Below the pieces are notes generated by a model. It searched no databases, was not told the DNA's origin, and saw only the letters and a list, made by a program, of their open reading frames with translations. 64,000 nt of DNA, from the NCBI GenBank assembly GCA_963712115.1, contig CAVQGX010000042.1:64001-128000 (forward strand), in the 5' to 3' direction. Position numbers and translations under genes: made by a program. Every line of letters starts with the position of its first letter. Positions within the stretch are counted from its first letter, which is position 1. This stretch comes from an uncultured delta proteobacterium (GTDB lineage: Bacteria > Desulfobacterota > Syntrophobacteria > BM002). This document shows positions 18,903 to 30,489 of the stretch, piece after piece.

Positions 18903-19422
18903 GTAATGAGTGCTTTGCGTCCTTCTTGGTTTTCTTTCTAGCAGCTGTCCCTACTTTCTCCAAAATATCGCTGGTGGAGACTCCAACCTCTAGGGGGATC
19001 CTTGACACCTTGCCCCCAGCTTCCTTAACCTCTGAAGCACCTACGATTTTTTCTTCCGGCCAATCGCCTCCCTTGACCAGAACATCCGGTTTGAGCAGCT
19101 TGATCAAAACTAGGGGATCAAGTTCATCGAAGATTGTTACCCAATCGACACAACCCAGTGCCGCCACTACCTCTGCTCTCTGCTCCTCCGGAATAATCGG
19201 GCGGTCTGGTCCTTTGATCTGCCGCACCGAGCTGTCACTGTTGACCGCCACCACCAAACAGTCACCCTGCTTGCGAGCCTCTTGCAGGTAGCGCACGTGT
19301 CCAACATGAAGAAGGTCGAAACAGCCATTGGTAAAGACCACTATTTTTCCTGACTGCCGGAGTGAGTCCACCTTTGCCTTTATAGTATTTCGATCAAGAA
19401 TCTTTTCCGCCGCATCTAACAT
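18898..19422 (-). CDS. rfaE2: D-glycero-beta-D-manno-heptose 1-phosphate adenylyltransferase
   Basis: VFTNGCFDLLHVGH, NSDSSV..KG..RP, LVKGGDW. Confidence 0.92.
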   Translation of the reverse strand: MLDAAEKILDRNTIKAKVDSLRQSGKIVVFTNGCFDLLHVGHVRYLQEARKQGDCLVVAVNSDSSVRQIKGPDRPIIPEEQRAEVVAALGCVDWVTIFDELDPLVLIKLLKPDVLVKGGDWPEEKIVGASEVKEAGGKVSRIPLEVGVSTSDILEKVGTAARKKTKKDAKHSLH

Positions 19423-19498
19423 TACATCTCCATGTTATTGTGCAGGTTGCAGAGGGAAAATCATTTTCGTTGTCTGTCCACAGAAAAAGCCTGTGATC

Positions 19499-19663
19499 AA
19501 ATCCTAAATTCTAAATCCGAAGCACGAAACAAATCCCAAATTCCAATTCTCCAATATCAAAAACATATCTACTCTTTTCAAGAAGAATTGCCCGGCGTTT
19601 TGTTCATTTGGATTTTGGAAATTTGAATTTGTTTAGGATTTCGATATTCGAATTTCGGATTTT
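19499..19663. repeat. Long palindromic element family A, copy 2
   Basis: aaatccgaagcacgaaacaaat ... atttgtttaggatttcgatattcgaatttcggattt. Confidence 0.85.
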
Positions 19664-19741
19664 GCTTGCGTATGTCGCTAAGCAGTGGTCCGGGCACGGA
19701 AATGTTCAGCTTTAACTCCCAAAGCCTCTGCCCTGTCATTA

Positions 19742-20578
19742 CTACGCTACGGTTCGTGCAACAGTCAGGACTACTACCTCCCTGGCCCTTCCAGCCTTTT
19801 TTAATACCCGCACACACTGATTCACCGTTTCTCCTGTGGTCAGCACATCATCCAGAAGGAGGATACCTTTACCCTTAATCTTTTCTGTAACCTTTAGACT
19901 GAAGGCTCCTTTGACGTTCGCTGCCCTTTGGTTGCGGCTTAAACCGATTTGCGGGTCAGTCCAGCGAGTCCGCTTTAAACTGGAATAATCTACGGGTATT
20001 TTCAAAAGAGAACCTAACCGTCTCGCCAGCAAAGATGCCTGGTTAAATCCCCTCTGGCGCAGACGTTTGTAATGGAGAGGAACGGGAACAATCTTATCTA
20101 TCCTGTGCAGCCCGGTTAACTCCTTTCCCGGACCAATCAACATTCTGGCTAAAGGCCTCACCAGAAAAGTCTGCCCCCCATACTTGAAGCGATGGATGAC
20201 CTCTCTGATAAGTCCCTGGTAGAATCCTGTTGCTCGAGCCCGGTCAAAGAGGTGAACGGACCCGAGACAGTCACCACAGAGGTGGCTGGTCGCTGTTTTT
20301 GCGCCGAAAGGAATTCCACAGAGGGGACAATAGGGTTCTGAAATGAGATCCAGAGCAATGAAACAATCCGGGCAAAACGGTTCTGACTTTTCAGCATAGA
20401 AGGCTCGAGAGCAACCCGCACACATTGGTGGATAGAGGAGAAGAATTATCTCTTGTGCTAGTCTGGCGGTGAGAGCTGGTACCCGCCGGGCCCAGCTTTG
20501 CATATGGGCAGTGGCTCTGCGGAGATTTGGTTTGTTTGCCTGCATTTTTACTAGCGAGCGGCAATTCCAACCAGGCAC
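19742..20578 (-). CDS. comF: ComF family protein (start uncertain)
   Basis: Zn-finger CxxC pairs, PVPLH..R..RGFNQA, LLDDVLTTG.T. Confidence 0.88.
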   Translation of the reverse strand: MPGWNCRSLVKMQANKPNLRRATAHMQSWARRVPALTARLAQEIILLLYPPMCAGCSRAFYAEKSEPFCPDCFIALDLISEPYCPLCGIPFGAKTATSHLCGDCLGSVHLFDRARATGFYQGLIREVIHRFKYGGQTFLVRPLARMLIGPGKELTGLHRIDKIVPVPLHYKRLRQRGFNQASLLARRLGSLLKIPVDYSSLKRTRWTDPQIGLSRNQRAANVKGAFSLKVTEKIKGKGILLLDDVLTTGETVNQCVRVLKKAGRAREVVVLTVARTVA

Positions 20579-20707
20579 TAGGCACTAAGCACTAGGCACT
20601 GAAGGGAATTGATCCATTTAACTTGTTCCTCTGGGTAGTTCATAGTGCATACTGCCTAGTGCCTAGTGCGCAGAGCGCTATGCGCTATGCGATTTGCGCT
20701 CTGCGTT

Positions 20708-21946
20708 TTACATATGTTCCACTATTGCGGCGCCGAACTCGGAGCATTTGACCTCTTTAGCCCCTTCCATCTGCCTGGCCAGGTCGTAGGTCACAATTCC
20801 GTCTAATATGGTCGATTCCAGGGCGGTGCGAATTAGATCACCCACCTCTTTCCACCCTAAAAAATCAAACATCATAGCACCGGAAAGAATAAGGGAACTC
20901 GGGTTTACCTTGTCCTGGCCAGCATATTTTGGGGCCGTCCCGTGCGTGGCTTCAAAAACTGCGGCTTGGTCACCAATGTTGGCTCCGGGGGCCATTCCTA
21001 GACCTCCTACTTGAGCTGCCAGGGCATCGGAAAGATAGTCACCATTCAAGTTTGGCATTGCCAACACGCCATACTCGTCGGGCCTCAGTAGTGCCTGCTG
21101 GAACATCATGTCCGCGATGCGATCCTTAATGACCACCTTGTCCGTTGGCTCCTGTCCCCCATGTTTTTCGTAAATTTCAGCTTCCGAGACGGTCTGACCT
21201 GGGAATTCCGCTGCTGCCAACTCGTAACCCCATTGGCGGAAGGCACCTTCGGTGTACTTCATGATGTTCCCCTTGTGCACCAGTGTGACGCTCCGGTAAC
21301 CTTGATCGAGGGCATGCCGAATGGCTCGTCTAACCAGCCTCTGACTTGCATAGCGACTCATGGGCTTGATTCCAATAGCAGATTCCGGCCGGATCTCCTT
21401 ATTCAGGTGTTCTCTGATGTAACTAACCAGACGGTTGGCCTCGGGTGAACCGGCTGGCCACTCAATCCCTGCATAAACGTCTTCCGTGTTTTCTCGGAAG
21501 ACCACCATGTCCACCTTTTCCGGGAAACGAACGGGCGCAGGAACACCCTTGTAGTAACGGACCGGTCGCACACAGGCATAGAGGTCGAGGACCTGCCTGA
21601 GTGTAACATTCAAGCTCCGTATGCCACCGCCTACTGGAGTGGTGAGGGGTCCTTTTATTCCCACAATATTATCGCGCAGCAACTGCAAAGTCTCTTCCGG
21701 CAACCACTGGCCGGTCTCGGCGAAAGCGATTTCACCAGCCAGTCCCTCCTGCCACTGAATCCGTCTTTGACCCCCATATGCCTTTGCTACTCCAGAGTCA
21801 AACACCTTGACGGCGGCCCGCGAAATATCAGGGCCGATTCCGTCACCTTCAATGAAAATCAGCTGGGGATTCTCAGGAACGGTTAAGGTTCCGTCATCGT
21901 TGAGAGTTATTTTTTCACCCTTTTGAGATGAAGTCTCTGTAGTCAT
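20708..21946 (-). CDS. icd: NADP-dependent isocitrate dehydrogenase
   Basis: [51 protein letters not shown]. Confidence 0.96.
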   Translation of the reverse strand: MTTETSSQKGEKITLNDDGTLTVPENPQLIFIEGDGIGPDISRAAVKVFDSGVAKAYGGQRRIQWQEGLAGEIAFAETGQWLPEETLQLLRDNIVGIKGPLTTPVGGGIRSLNVTLRQVLDLYACVRPVRYYKGVPAPVRFPEKVDMVVFRENTEDVYAGIEWPAGSPEANRLVSYIREHLNKEIRPESAIGIKPMSRYASQRLVRRAIRHALDQGYRSVTLVHKGNIMKYTEGAFRQWGYELAAAEFPGQTVSEAEIYEKHGGQEPTDKVVIKDRIADMMFQQALLRPDEYGVLAMPNLNGDYLSDALAAQVGGLGMAPGANIGDQAAVFEATHGTAPKYAGQDKVNPSSLILSGAMMFDFLGWKEVGDLIRTALESTILDGIVTYDLARQMEGAKEVKCSEFGAAIVEHM

Positions 21947-22109
21947 GATTTAGCCCTCACTAATTAGGTCATTTGGCCACTAACGTGGCCGTCATTATGC
22001 TCGACTGTCATTTATAGTATCTCATCATATTGCTTTATAATGGAAACTAAGCCCGAATGACTTAATGACATAGCAGCGTAGTGACCCAATGACTGAAGCA
22101 GCCCATGCG

Positions 22110-23015
22110 CTATGCCAGATCTTTCCTTCTTAAAAGAATCGCTCGCCACTCTTCCATTGTCCAGCTATCTACCTCTTTAAAATAATGAGCCTCGAAGCAT
22201 TTGACAACCTCTTCCATCTGTTCGTTCAATATACCCGAAAGCACCAACCACCCCTCGGGTGAAACGCAGCGGGACAGGCTGGCTGCCATTTGCGTTATGA
22301 CTGGCGCAGTTAGGTTGGCGATGACCAAATCGTATCTATCGCCCAATCGATGGAGAGGAATACTACTTACCGACATAATCCCCTCTACCCCATTTCTGAG
22401 CAGGTTCTCCTCCGCCACCTTGAGGGCTTCGGGATCAAGGTCCAGGCCCAAAACTCGTCTAGCCCCTAAACGTGCAGCAGCAATCCCTAAAATACCGCTC
22501 CCTGTGCCAACATCCAAGACAGAAGTGACTGAGTCCATTTTTTCCCTGGAGGACTCACTTAGAATTAGCTCTAGTATTTCAAGGCAAAGAGCCGTGCTGG
22601 GATGTTTGCCGGTTCCAAAGGCTCGTCCAGGATCGATCTCTATCAACACCTGCCCAGGTTTTGGCTCATATGGTTCCCAGGTGGGCTTGATTACAATGTT
22701 TTTGCCGATAATCAATGGTTTGAAGAATGACTTCCAGGTCTCAGACCAATCTTCACCTGGCAGATCTTTTTGCGCCACCCTTAGTTCCGGCAGGTTCGGA
22801 TACAACTGCTGTAGATCTCGGTAATAATGGGTTAACTGCTGGAGGCAGACCTGCGCTTCCTGACCCTCGTAGCAGTAAGCCGTGACCCATTCTCCTTCGA
22901 GTTGAACACCCCGCTTCGTTTGTTCCACCAGAAAGTTGGCTACTACCTCTTGCACGGCCGCTGGGCACCAAACAGACAGGCTAACCCATTTCCTTTCGCA
23001 TTTCTCATTTCGCAT
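22110..23015 (-). CDS. prmA: Ribosomal protein L11 methyltransferase
   Basis: DW...WK..FKP, IDPG.AFGTG.H.ST, LDVGTGSGIL, LVLSGIL. Confidence 0.92.
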   Translation of the reverse strand: MRNEKCERKWVSLSVWCPAAVQEVVANFLVEQTKRGVQLEGEWVTAYCYEGQEAQVCLQQLTHYYRDLQQLYPNLPELRVAQKDLPGEDWSETWKSFFKPLIIGKNIVIKPTWEPYEPKPGQVLIEIDPGRAFGTGKHPSTALCLEILELILSESSREKMDSVTSVLDVGTGSGILGIAAARLGARRVLGLDLDPEALKVAEENLLRNGVEGIMSVSSIPLHRLGDRYDLVIANLTAPVITQMAASLSRCVSPEGWLVLSGILNEQMEEVVKCFEAHYFKEVDSWTMEEWRAILLRRKDLA

Positions 23016-23160
23016 TTTTCATTTTACATTTATCATTTATCATCTGACGTTTCACCTTTCTCATTTTCAACTGTATCAAATTGAAGGATGAGTCATAGCA
23101 CTCAATGTGCAATGATAAATGAGCAATAAGAGATGAGAGACGAGAGATGAGAAATGAAAT
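22996..23160. repeat. Heptamer palindrome (TTTCAT / ATGAGA units) overlapping the prmA start
   Basis: ttctcatttcgcatttttcattttacatttatcat ... aatgataaatgag..gagatgagagacgagagatgagaaatg. Confidence 0.7.
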
Positions 23161-23176
23161 GGGCTATGCGATCTGA

Positions 23177-25301
23177 TTAACCAACCGTCCTGGTTTTGGC
23201 CCTTTCCGCCGACAGCATCCTTATTTTTTGAATGCCCACCACTGCAGCATAAATGGCAATACCAAGGGGGTAGAAATAATACTTCATGGTTTGATCCACA
23301 TTGAAGAAGGTGGCAACGCCCCCCGGGTGAAAGAGTATAAACCATGCTGTTAGAAAGAAAGGAATGTCATACAACTTGTTTTTGGTCAAACACCACCCTT
23401 GGGCAAAACATTCAAATGAGGACATGCCGATCAGGGCCATAACAAATATGAGGATGGCCTGAGGCCAGTTGTTGATGTTGTGGAGGATCAGCTCCGGATT
23501 GAAGACGAACATGAAGGCAATACAAGAAGTTCGGATGTCGTACAAAAATCCTTGAATACCGGTGGCAATCGGGTCAGAATCCGCTATGGCCGCAGCAGCA
23601 TAAGCAGCCAGACCCACCGGTGGGGTATCGTCAGCCAGGATGCCGAAATAGAAACAAAACAGGTGAGCGGCCATAAGAGGAATGACAAAGTCAAAAAGAG
23701 AACCAACATTGACGATGATCGGAGCAGTCAATGATGCCATGACGATATATGTCGCCGTGGTGGGAAGGCCCATGCCAATTATGAGACTGGCAATGGCGGT
23801 GATCAGCAGCAAGAGAAAGATGTTCCCCTGGGAGAGAACCTCTACCACATAAGCTATCATACCCCCTAGCCCCATATTGACCACACCGACTATGATTCCG
23901 GCGGAGGCACATGCCAAGGCCACGGACATCATGTTTTTCGAGCCTTGAATCAAACCATTCACGATAATTCGAACACTCTCTGCTATGCCTGATCCAACCC
24001 CCTTCTTGTCACTGATCGCCTTTCGTATTTCCTGGTAGAAAATGACCACAAACAAGAGCAGTATTGATCTAAAAGCAGCAAGTTCCGGAGAGTGCCTGAG
24101 ATACACCAGTTCCCAGAGCAGGACACCTAGTGGGATCAAATAATGGACGCCTGTTTTCAGTGTGCCAATAAAGCTTGGAATATCTTCAGGGGGAAGTCCT
24201 TCAATGCCCAGTTTGGATGCTTCCAGGTGTGCTATGCAAAAAAGCCCGAAATAAGAAGCGAAAGCAGGAATGGCCGCCGCCTTTACCACCTCTATGTAGG
24301 GCACGTTTACATACTCGGCGATGATAAAGGCCGCCGCCCCCATTATGGGAGGCATCAACTGCCCGTCGGTGCTGGCGGCCACCTCCACCGCAGCCGCTTT
24401 CTTTGCCGGGTAACCGATCTTCTTCATCAAGGGGATGGTAAAAGGCCCGGTGGTAACAATATTAGCAATGCTGGAGCCGGAAACGAGTCCAGTGGCACCG
24501 CTGGCCACAATGGCGGCCTTTGCCGCTCCCCCCTTGAATCTACCAAGAAAGGAGAGAGCAAGGTTGGTGAAAAATCTTCCTGCGCCCGCCTTGTCCAGTA
24601 AAGCACCCAAAAGGACAAAAAGATAGACGATTGCCGAGGACACCCCGAGAGGAATACCGTATATTCCTTCCGTAGAAAGGGTGATGTTGCTCAGGTATTT
24701 GCTCAGTGAAACCCCTTTGAATGCCAGAATTGCCGGCATGTGTGGGCCGAGGAAGGCATAGAGGGTAAAGCCCACGGCAATGACAGACAGAGCCGGCCCG
24801 ATAATTCTCCGGGTGGCTTCAAGGAGCAGTATGACCAGGATGCTTCCGGAAATCAGGTCAAGGGTAGTGGGCGATCCGGCCCGCATGGCGATCGCTTCGT
24901 AGAAAATGGCCAGGTAAAGGGCCGTAAAAGAGCCTAAAAGGGCAAATACATAGTCCGCCATAGGTATGCGGTCTGGTAACCGAAAGATAGCCGAGGTATT
25001 TTTTCCGCTTTTTCAAGGCTGGCATGAGAAGAAAGAGTAGCGACATGGCAAAAGCAAGATGGATAGCCCTTTCTTGAGTGCTGTCAATTACCAGCACGCT
25101 TGGAAGTGCCAGTTGATAGAGAGCCCAGGCAATGGCTATTATTGAAACGAGTATATTTTCAACTGGCCGCAAAGTGCGAACATCACCCGTTTCTTCCTTC
25201 AGCAGCTCCTCTGCAGTTTTCAGTCCCTTTTTTATCCCGAGTTTTTGCAGCATCGCCAAACCTTTTGCCGGTTTTAAAGTCTTCGATGGGCCTTGCGACA
25301 A
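23177..25301 (-). pseudogene. TRAP fused permease (DctQM/TAXI type), paralog 2, with a +1 frameshift near 24974 (real or assembly error)
   Basis: ORFs 24858-25301 and 23177-24961 join as YLSVT-DRIPMADY, matching FLSATDKIPVFDY in the intact paralog. Confidence 0.8.
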
Positions 25302-25370
25302 TAATTTCGCAGGAGTATTTTAAGGATCCCCAATCCATCCATATCGCCTGGATTGGGACTTTGCGGCATG

Positions 25371-25826
25371 CTATCTTCTTCGGTAAGAAGCGACGGTCAC
25401 CGGTGAATGCCGGAACATCTTCTCAGCCACCGAACCCACTAACAGATGTTCAATATTGCTCCGCCCTTTGGCTCCCATGACCACCATATCGACTTTTTCT
25501 TCTTTGGTAATTCTTAGAAGCTCTTCAAAGGGATGGCCCACCTTGAAGATGGTTTTTGTTTTCTCTTTGGGAAACCCGGAATCAGCTATCATTTTTTCGA
25601 GCTCTGCCTGTCGCGCTTCTTTGACACCTTTCACGTAATCCTCGGCACTTATTGAGTACCCCATGGATTGAATGGAAGCAATAGCTTGTACATCTTTAAT
25701 GTTAATGATGTTGGCCACAACAAGTTCCGCCTGCAATTGCGTGGCCAGCCGAGTGGCGTAAGCAAATGTTCCGGAACAGTACTCTGAAAAGCAGATGGCA
25801 ACCAGTATTTTGTTCACTTCCAGCAT
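25371..25826 (-). CDS. Universal stress protein
   Basis: KILVA..FS..S, G.P...L, DMVVMG..G......GSVAEK....SP. Confidence 0.92.
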   Translation of the reverse strand: MLEVNKILVAICFSEYCSGTFAYATRLATQLQAELVVANIINIKDVQAIASIQSMGYSISAEDYVKGVKEARQAELEKMIADSGFPKEKTKTIFKVGHPFEELLRITKEEKVDMVVMGAKGRSNIEHLLVGSVAEKMFRHSPVTVASYRRR

Positions 25827-25841
25827 GATCTCTCCTCCACT

Positions 25842-26379
25842 TCACTTCCCCTCTTGTAAATCTCTGACTGGGCAGAGCCCGATATGCTTTAAAGTGCCGC
25901 ATCAGGTCAGTATAGGCATATCCCCGGTTAAAGTTAAAAAGTTTAGAGCTTATTGTTCTTACTTTTATTTGTCTATCCTGCAATTTGTAGTCTATGGTCA
26001 TGGGCTCTGATGCCCACACCCAACCGCAACTAAGCCTGATTTCAGGGACTATCTTGACATTTTGGCCACAATCAGTCTCATATCCTTGGTAGTCTTTGTC
26101 ACGGACGTACAGTGTTTGTAGTTCTTCGATGGTGGGCAGCCGCCAGTTGTCGTAGCGAGCGGGTATAAGGTAGGGAAAAGTCCACTTACAATATTTCTCT
26201 GCATCCCGCCAATCTATGTCTCCCTGATTGTCATCTTTGGCCCACATGACTCCCAACTGGTGGTCCGTCACCGTTCCGTCACCGTTATCGGTAAATCGCT
26301 CACCAGCTGAAGCAGAAGAAACGATAACTGCCAGAAAAACTATAAACAAACCGAAGCACGAAGCTCGAAGCCTTAACAT
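25842..26379 (-). CDS. Secreted DUF1566 protein; probable +1 frameshift near 25870 (corrected end ...RALPVRDLQEGK*)
   Basis: Signal peptide, RFTDNGDGTVTD....MW, WRLPTIEEL; the family-typical VR ending is one base out of frame. Confidence 0.75.
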
Positions 26380-26673
26380 CTTTCCTCTCCTTGAGAACCA
26401 TCAACACCGCTTGTCAGTTCTTATCAGATTGCGGCTGGATGGAAACAAAACCACAGAGAATACAAAGAGCACAAAGAAAATACCGCAAAACGTTTGGTAA
26501 ACAGTAAATGGTGAACAGCAAACGGATCTATTATGCACCTGCTCACCCTTCGCTGTTTTGTTTTTACTGTCTTTTCGCTATGCGCTATGCTCTATGCGCT
26601 TCGCCTCAATTGTGTTCTTCGTGTACTTCGTGGTTAATCACCCCCTCTGGCAAACACCCCTTTAAACCTCGCA

Positions 26674-28746
26674 TTATGCCGCGGCTGAAACGGCAACTTG
26701 TGGCCTCCTCGGCCTTTGCATCAGGTAGATCAAGCCGTAAAGAGCAAGGCCGATCAGGTACATCCAGTAACGCTGGTCGTGCGCAACACCGAGATATCTT
26801 GCAATAGCATCAGGTCTCATCAGAACGAATGTCACCAATAAGAGCAGCGGCAACTCGTAAAACCTGTTCTTCGCCACAAACCACCCCTGCGTTGCCGAGG
26901 CAAAAGCAAAGTTACCCATACATGCCATGGCAAATATTAGCAAACCAGCCGGCCAGCTGTTGATATTGTGCAGGATGAGGTCACTATTGAAAATAAACAT
27001 GAATGGCAAAATGGCCGTGCGAATATCGTACATGAATCCCTGGATCCCCGTAGCAATGGGATCCGATTTGGCAATGGCCGCAGCAGCGTAGGCAGCCAGA
27101 CCAACCGGCGGAGTGTCATCGGCCAGAATACCGAAATAAAAACAGAACAGATGGGCCGACATTAAGGGCACGATGAAGTCATATAGAGCGCCGATCTCAA
27201 CGATGGCCGGTGCCGTAAGTGAGGCCATGACAATGTAGGTGGCGGTGGTGGGCAGACCCATGCCGATAACAAGGCTGGCAAGCGCAGTAATGATTAGTAA
27301 CAAGTAGATATTGCCTCCGGAGAGGGTATCGATAATCTGGGTGATAAGACCTCCCAAACCCATGGCCACCACCCCAACGATGATCCCGGCGGAGGCTGTG
27401 GCCAGGGCCACAGAAACCATATTCCTGCCACCCGCTGCCAGGGCAGAGAATATCTCGACTACACTTTGCTTGAAGGCCGCACCGATGGGCTCTTTGTTGA
27501 GGTAGGCTTTAACCGGATTCTGCAACAGCATTACCGCAGCCATGACCCAGATACCATGAAATGCCGCCAGTTCGGGCGAGTGACGCACCACTACCAATTC
27601 ATAGAGCAACAGTAAGATTGGAATGAGGTAGTGAGCGCCGCCGATCAGGGTTTTAAAGAATTTTGGCAATTCTGCCCGGGGGATGCCCCGCAAACCCAGT
27701 TTGGAGGCTTCGATGTGAGTGATGTAAAAAAGAGCTGCGTAAGAGGCAAAGGCCGGTATGGCCGCCGCTTTGATCACCGCAATGTAAGGCACATTGACGT
27801 ACTCGGCAATGATAAAAGCCGCCGCCCCCATAATGGGAGGGGCGAGCTGGCCGTCGGTGCTGGCCGCCACCTCAATCGCAGCCGCCTTGGTTGCCGGATA
27901 GCCAACCTTCTTCATTAGGGGGATGGTGAAGGTCCCGGTAGTAACTATGTTGGCAATACTCGAGCCTGAGACCAGACCGGTCAACCCACTTCCCACGATG
28001 GCAGCCTTGGCCGGTCCGCCCTTGAAGCCGCCCAGCAGACTCAAGGCAAGTTGAATGAAATACCTCCCTGCCCCTGCCTTGTCCAGCATGGCCCCGAAGA
28101 GAACGAAGAGAAAAACAATGGTAGCCGACACATCCAGGGGGATGCCGTAGATGCCTTCAGTGGACATGGTCATCTGGCCTATGAACCGGTCCATGGAAAC
28201 ACCCTTGAAAGCAATGATGTCAGGCATATGGGGCCCCAAAAAGGAGTAGGCGCAAAAGGCAATAGCAATAGCGGGAAGGGCTGGACCAATAACCCGGCGG
28301 GCTGCCTCCAGGAGCAGGGCTGTCAAGGCCAGTCCCACAACAACGTCGCGGCTGATGGGGGATCCGATGCGTTCCATGATCCCACCGAAATCAAGCACAA
28401 TATATATGGCAGAGAAGGCAGCGATAAGGGCGACAATGTAGTCGAAGACAGGGATTTTGTCAGTGGCAGAGAGGAATTCCAGGCCAAACCTGGTCTTCTT
28501 TAGAAAGGGATAGTTCAAAAAGACGATGAGCAAGGCAAAACCCAGGTGAATGGCCCGGATATAAACGGTGTCGAGAATGAGCCAACTGGCGATGGACAAC
28601 TGGAAAAAGGACCAGACTACCGCAATGGTGGGAATGACGTACCTGGAGGGACCTTTGGGTAAGCGGCCTACTCCTTCCTCTTCCTCCGCCAGCTTTTTGG
28701 CCAGATCCAGACCTTCTTCCTTTTCATGCTTTTCCAAGTCAGTCAT
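26674..28746 (-). CDS. TRAP fused permease (DctQM/TAXI type), paralog 1
   Basis: GGPAK, SGSSIAN, GQLAPPIMGAAAF, GMGLPTTA.Y, ADDTPPVGLAA. Confidence 0.92.
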   Translation of the reverse strand: MTDLEKHEKEEGLDLAKKLAEEEEGVGRLPKGPSRYVIPTIAVVWSFFQLSIASWLILDTVYIRAIHLGFALLIVFLNYPFLKKTRFGLEFLSATDKIPVFDYIVALIAAFSAIYIVLDFGGIMERIGSPISRDVVVGLALTALLLEAARRVIGPALPAIAIAFCAYSFLGPHMPDIIAFKGVSMDRFIGQMTMSTEGIYGIPLDVSATIVFLFVLFGAMLDKAGAGRYFIQLALSLLGGFKGGPAKAAIVGSGLTGLVSGSSIANIVTTGTFTIPLMKKVGYPATKAAAIEVAASTDGQLAPPIMGAAAFIIAEYVNVPYIAVIKAAAIPAFASYAALFYITHIEASKLGLRGIPRAELPKFFKTLIGGAHYLIPILLLLYELVVVRHSPELAAFHGIWVMAAVMLLQNPVKAYLNKEPIGAAFKQSVVEIFSALAAGGRNMVSVALATASAGIIVGVVAMGLGGLITQIIDTLSGGNIYLLLIITALASLVIGMGLPTTATYIVMASLTAPAIVEIGALYDFIVPLMSAHLFCFYFGILADDTPPVGLAAYAAAAIAKSDPIATGIQGFMYDIRTAILPFMFIFNSDLILHNINSWPAGLLIFAMACMGNFAFASATQGWFVAKNRFYELPLLLLVTFVLMRPDAIARYLGVAHDQRYWMYLIGLALYGLIYLMQRPRRPQVAVSAAA

Positions 28747-28834
28747 ATCATCACCTAGAGGTTGAAAGGTTGATTTAATTTTTAATAGCAACTTTCTAGA
28801 TGAATCAGGATATTACCTCCCTTTCGAAGTGATG

Positions 28835-28905
28835 GGATAATGGAATATTGGAATGTAGGGCTGAATGGTTTTAGCATTTTCCATCCTTCCAGTATTCCAA
28901 CATTC
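28835..28905. repeat. Octamer palindrome (GGAATATT / TATTCCAA)
   Basis: ataatggaatattggaatgt ... tccatccttccagtattccaacattc. Confidence 0.6.
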
Positions 28906-28944
28906 ATGACTTTAAAGCTGCCCCAAGGTGGGGTTTTTGGCCAG

Positions 28945-28978
28945 GGAAAAAGTCGGCGGCGGGATGTTCCCGCCGCCT
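28945..28978 (-). terminator. Hairpin/terminator downstream of the TAXI gene
   Basis: GGCGGCGGGA-ACA-TCCCGCCGCC-GACTTTTT on the minus strand. Confidence 0.65.
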
Positions 28979-28996
28979 GTTTGAATGCTTGCTGGT

Positions 28997-29977
28997 TTAC
29001 ATCAAACCTGCCTCTTTGTAATACTTCATGGCACCTGGATGTATGGGTGCCGACATACCTTCGAGCATGTTCTGCTTAGTGAGGTCCTCGTAAGCTGGAT
29101 GCAGCTTCTTGAATTCCTCGAAGTTGTCGAAGACCTCTTTGGTGACGGCATAGACTATCTTATCATCCACCTTAGCCGAGGTGACGAAGGTGGCCTTCAC
29201 TCCGAAGGTCTGCACATCTTCTTTGTTGGTGGCACCTTCATAGAGCTTGATGGGAATGACAGCTTTGGCATAGTAAGGATACTTTGCCAGGAGCTTTTCT
29301 ACGCCGACGATCGGCACGAAGTGGACCTTTCTCCTGCCTGCAGTTGCCTCCTTGATTGCACCGCTGGGATGACCTACTGTGTAGAAGAACGCATCGATGC
29401 GGCCGTCTTGCAGCAATCCGGGGGCCTCAGCTGCCTTGACTCCCTCCGCGGTTAGATCTGTCTCGTAGTTGATCCCTGCATTTTCCAGGGCATCGATGGA
29501 GTTCTGCCGCTGGCCGGAGCCGGGGTTGCCGATGTTTACCCGTTTGCCCTTGAGATCCGCAAGCGTATTGATACCTGCATCATCCGCAGCCACCAGCGTT
29601 ATTGATTCAGGATGTATGGTGAACACGGCACGGAGGTCCTTTTGGGGACCTTTTTCCGCCCATTCCTCCAAGCCGTTGTAAGCCTGGTATTGACGGTCGG
29701 ACTGAACCACGCCGAATTCCAGGTCACCGGCCATAATCGCATTGACGTTAAAGACTGACCCGCCAGTGGATTCCACTGTGCAGCGGATCCCGTAAACCTT
29801 TCTTTTCTGGTTGACGATCCTGGCAATGGCACCGCCTGTTGGATAGTAAACCCCTGTGATACCACCGGTTCCAATGGTGACGAAGGTGGTCTTGGCAACA
29901 ACCGGAGTTGGATTCACCATCATGCCAAGGGCCAAGCAAATGGCCGCAATTATAGTGATTAATCCAATTCTTTTCAT
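28997..29977 (-). CDS. TAXI-family TRAP solute-binding protein
   Basis: IGTGGITGVYYPTGG, STGGSVFN, IGNPGSG, PIHPGA..YYKE. Confidence 0.95.
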   Translation of the reverse strand: MKRIGLITIIAAICLALGMMVNPTPVVAKTTFVTIGTGGITGVYYPTGGAIARIVNQKRKVYGIRCTVESTGGSVFNVNAIMAGDLEFGVVQSDRQYQAYNGLEEWAEKGPQKDLRAVFTIHPESITLVAADDAGINTLADLKGKRVNIGNPGSGQRQNSIDALENAGINYETDLTAEGVKAAEAPGLLQDGRIDAFFYTVGHPSGAIKEATAGRRKVHFVPIVGVEKLLAKYPYYAKAVIPIKLYEGATNKEDVQTFGVKATFVTSAKVDDKIVYAVTKEVFDNFEEFKKLHPAYEDLTKQNMLEGMSAPIHPGAMKYYKEAGLM

Positions 29978-30489
29978 AGATTTTCTCCTATCTCTTTAAG
30001 GTTGGACGAACAAAACACGATTCGGCCCACGAATTAGCTCTCTCACCTCCTTCCAACATGGCCTTAATCACAAAGCAAATTAGTGATTGATATTCTTGGA
30101 TTGGAATGGTTTCAAAGAACCCCCATTGGGGGGAGGTAGCGTTAAACGCTGCTTTATCTTACCCGCCTCATAGATGATGGTCAAGTACAAAGGGGGGCAT
30201 GACACTCGCACCATCCCTGTGAACTTATTTGAATAGTTGATAATACCCGAGCTTGAGAGGTCAGGAAATCTTTCACTCCTCATCCTTTAGCTCATCTACT
30301 CGTAGGACAACTTAGACAAAATTGCGGTCAATTTCATCAATGGGGCAAACTTTTCTCTGTGCTCTTTACCCTCCTTGTGGTTTAATCTTGGCAAGCGGCT
30401 AGCAGCCAGATCTTGATCATAGCCATTCATGTAGGAGCAATCTCCGCTTGCTATAAAGGGTGGTGGATTTCAGATTATAGATTTGCGAA

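Noticed and set aside
30389-30404. sigma54-like TGGCAAGCGGCTAGCA upstream of kdsB
   Set aside because: Imperfect -12 element, far from the gene and among repeats.
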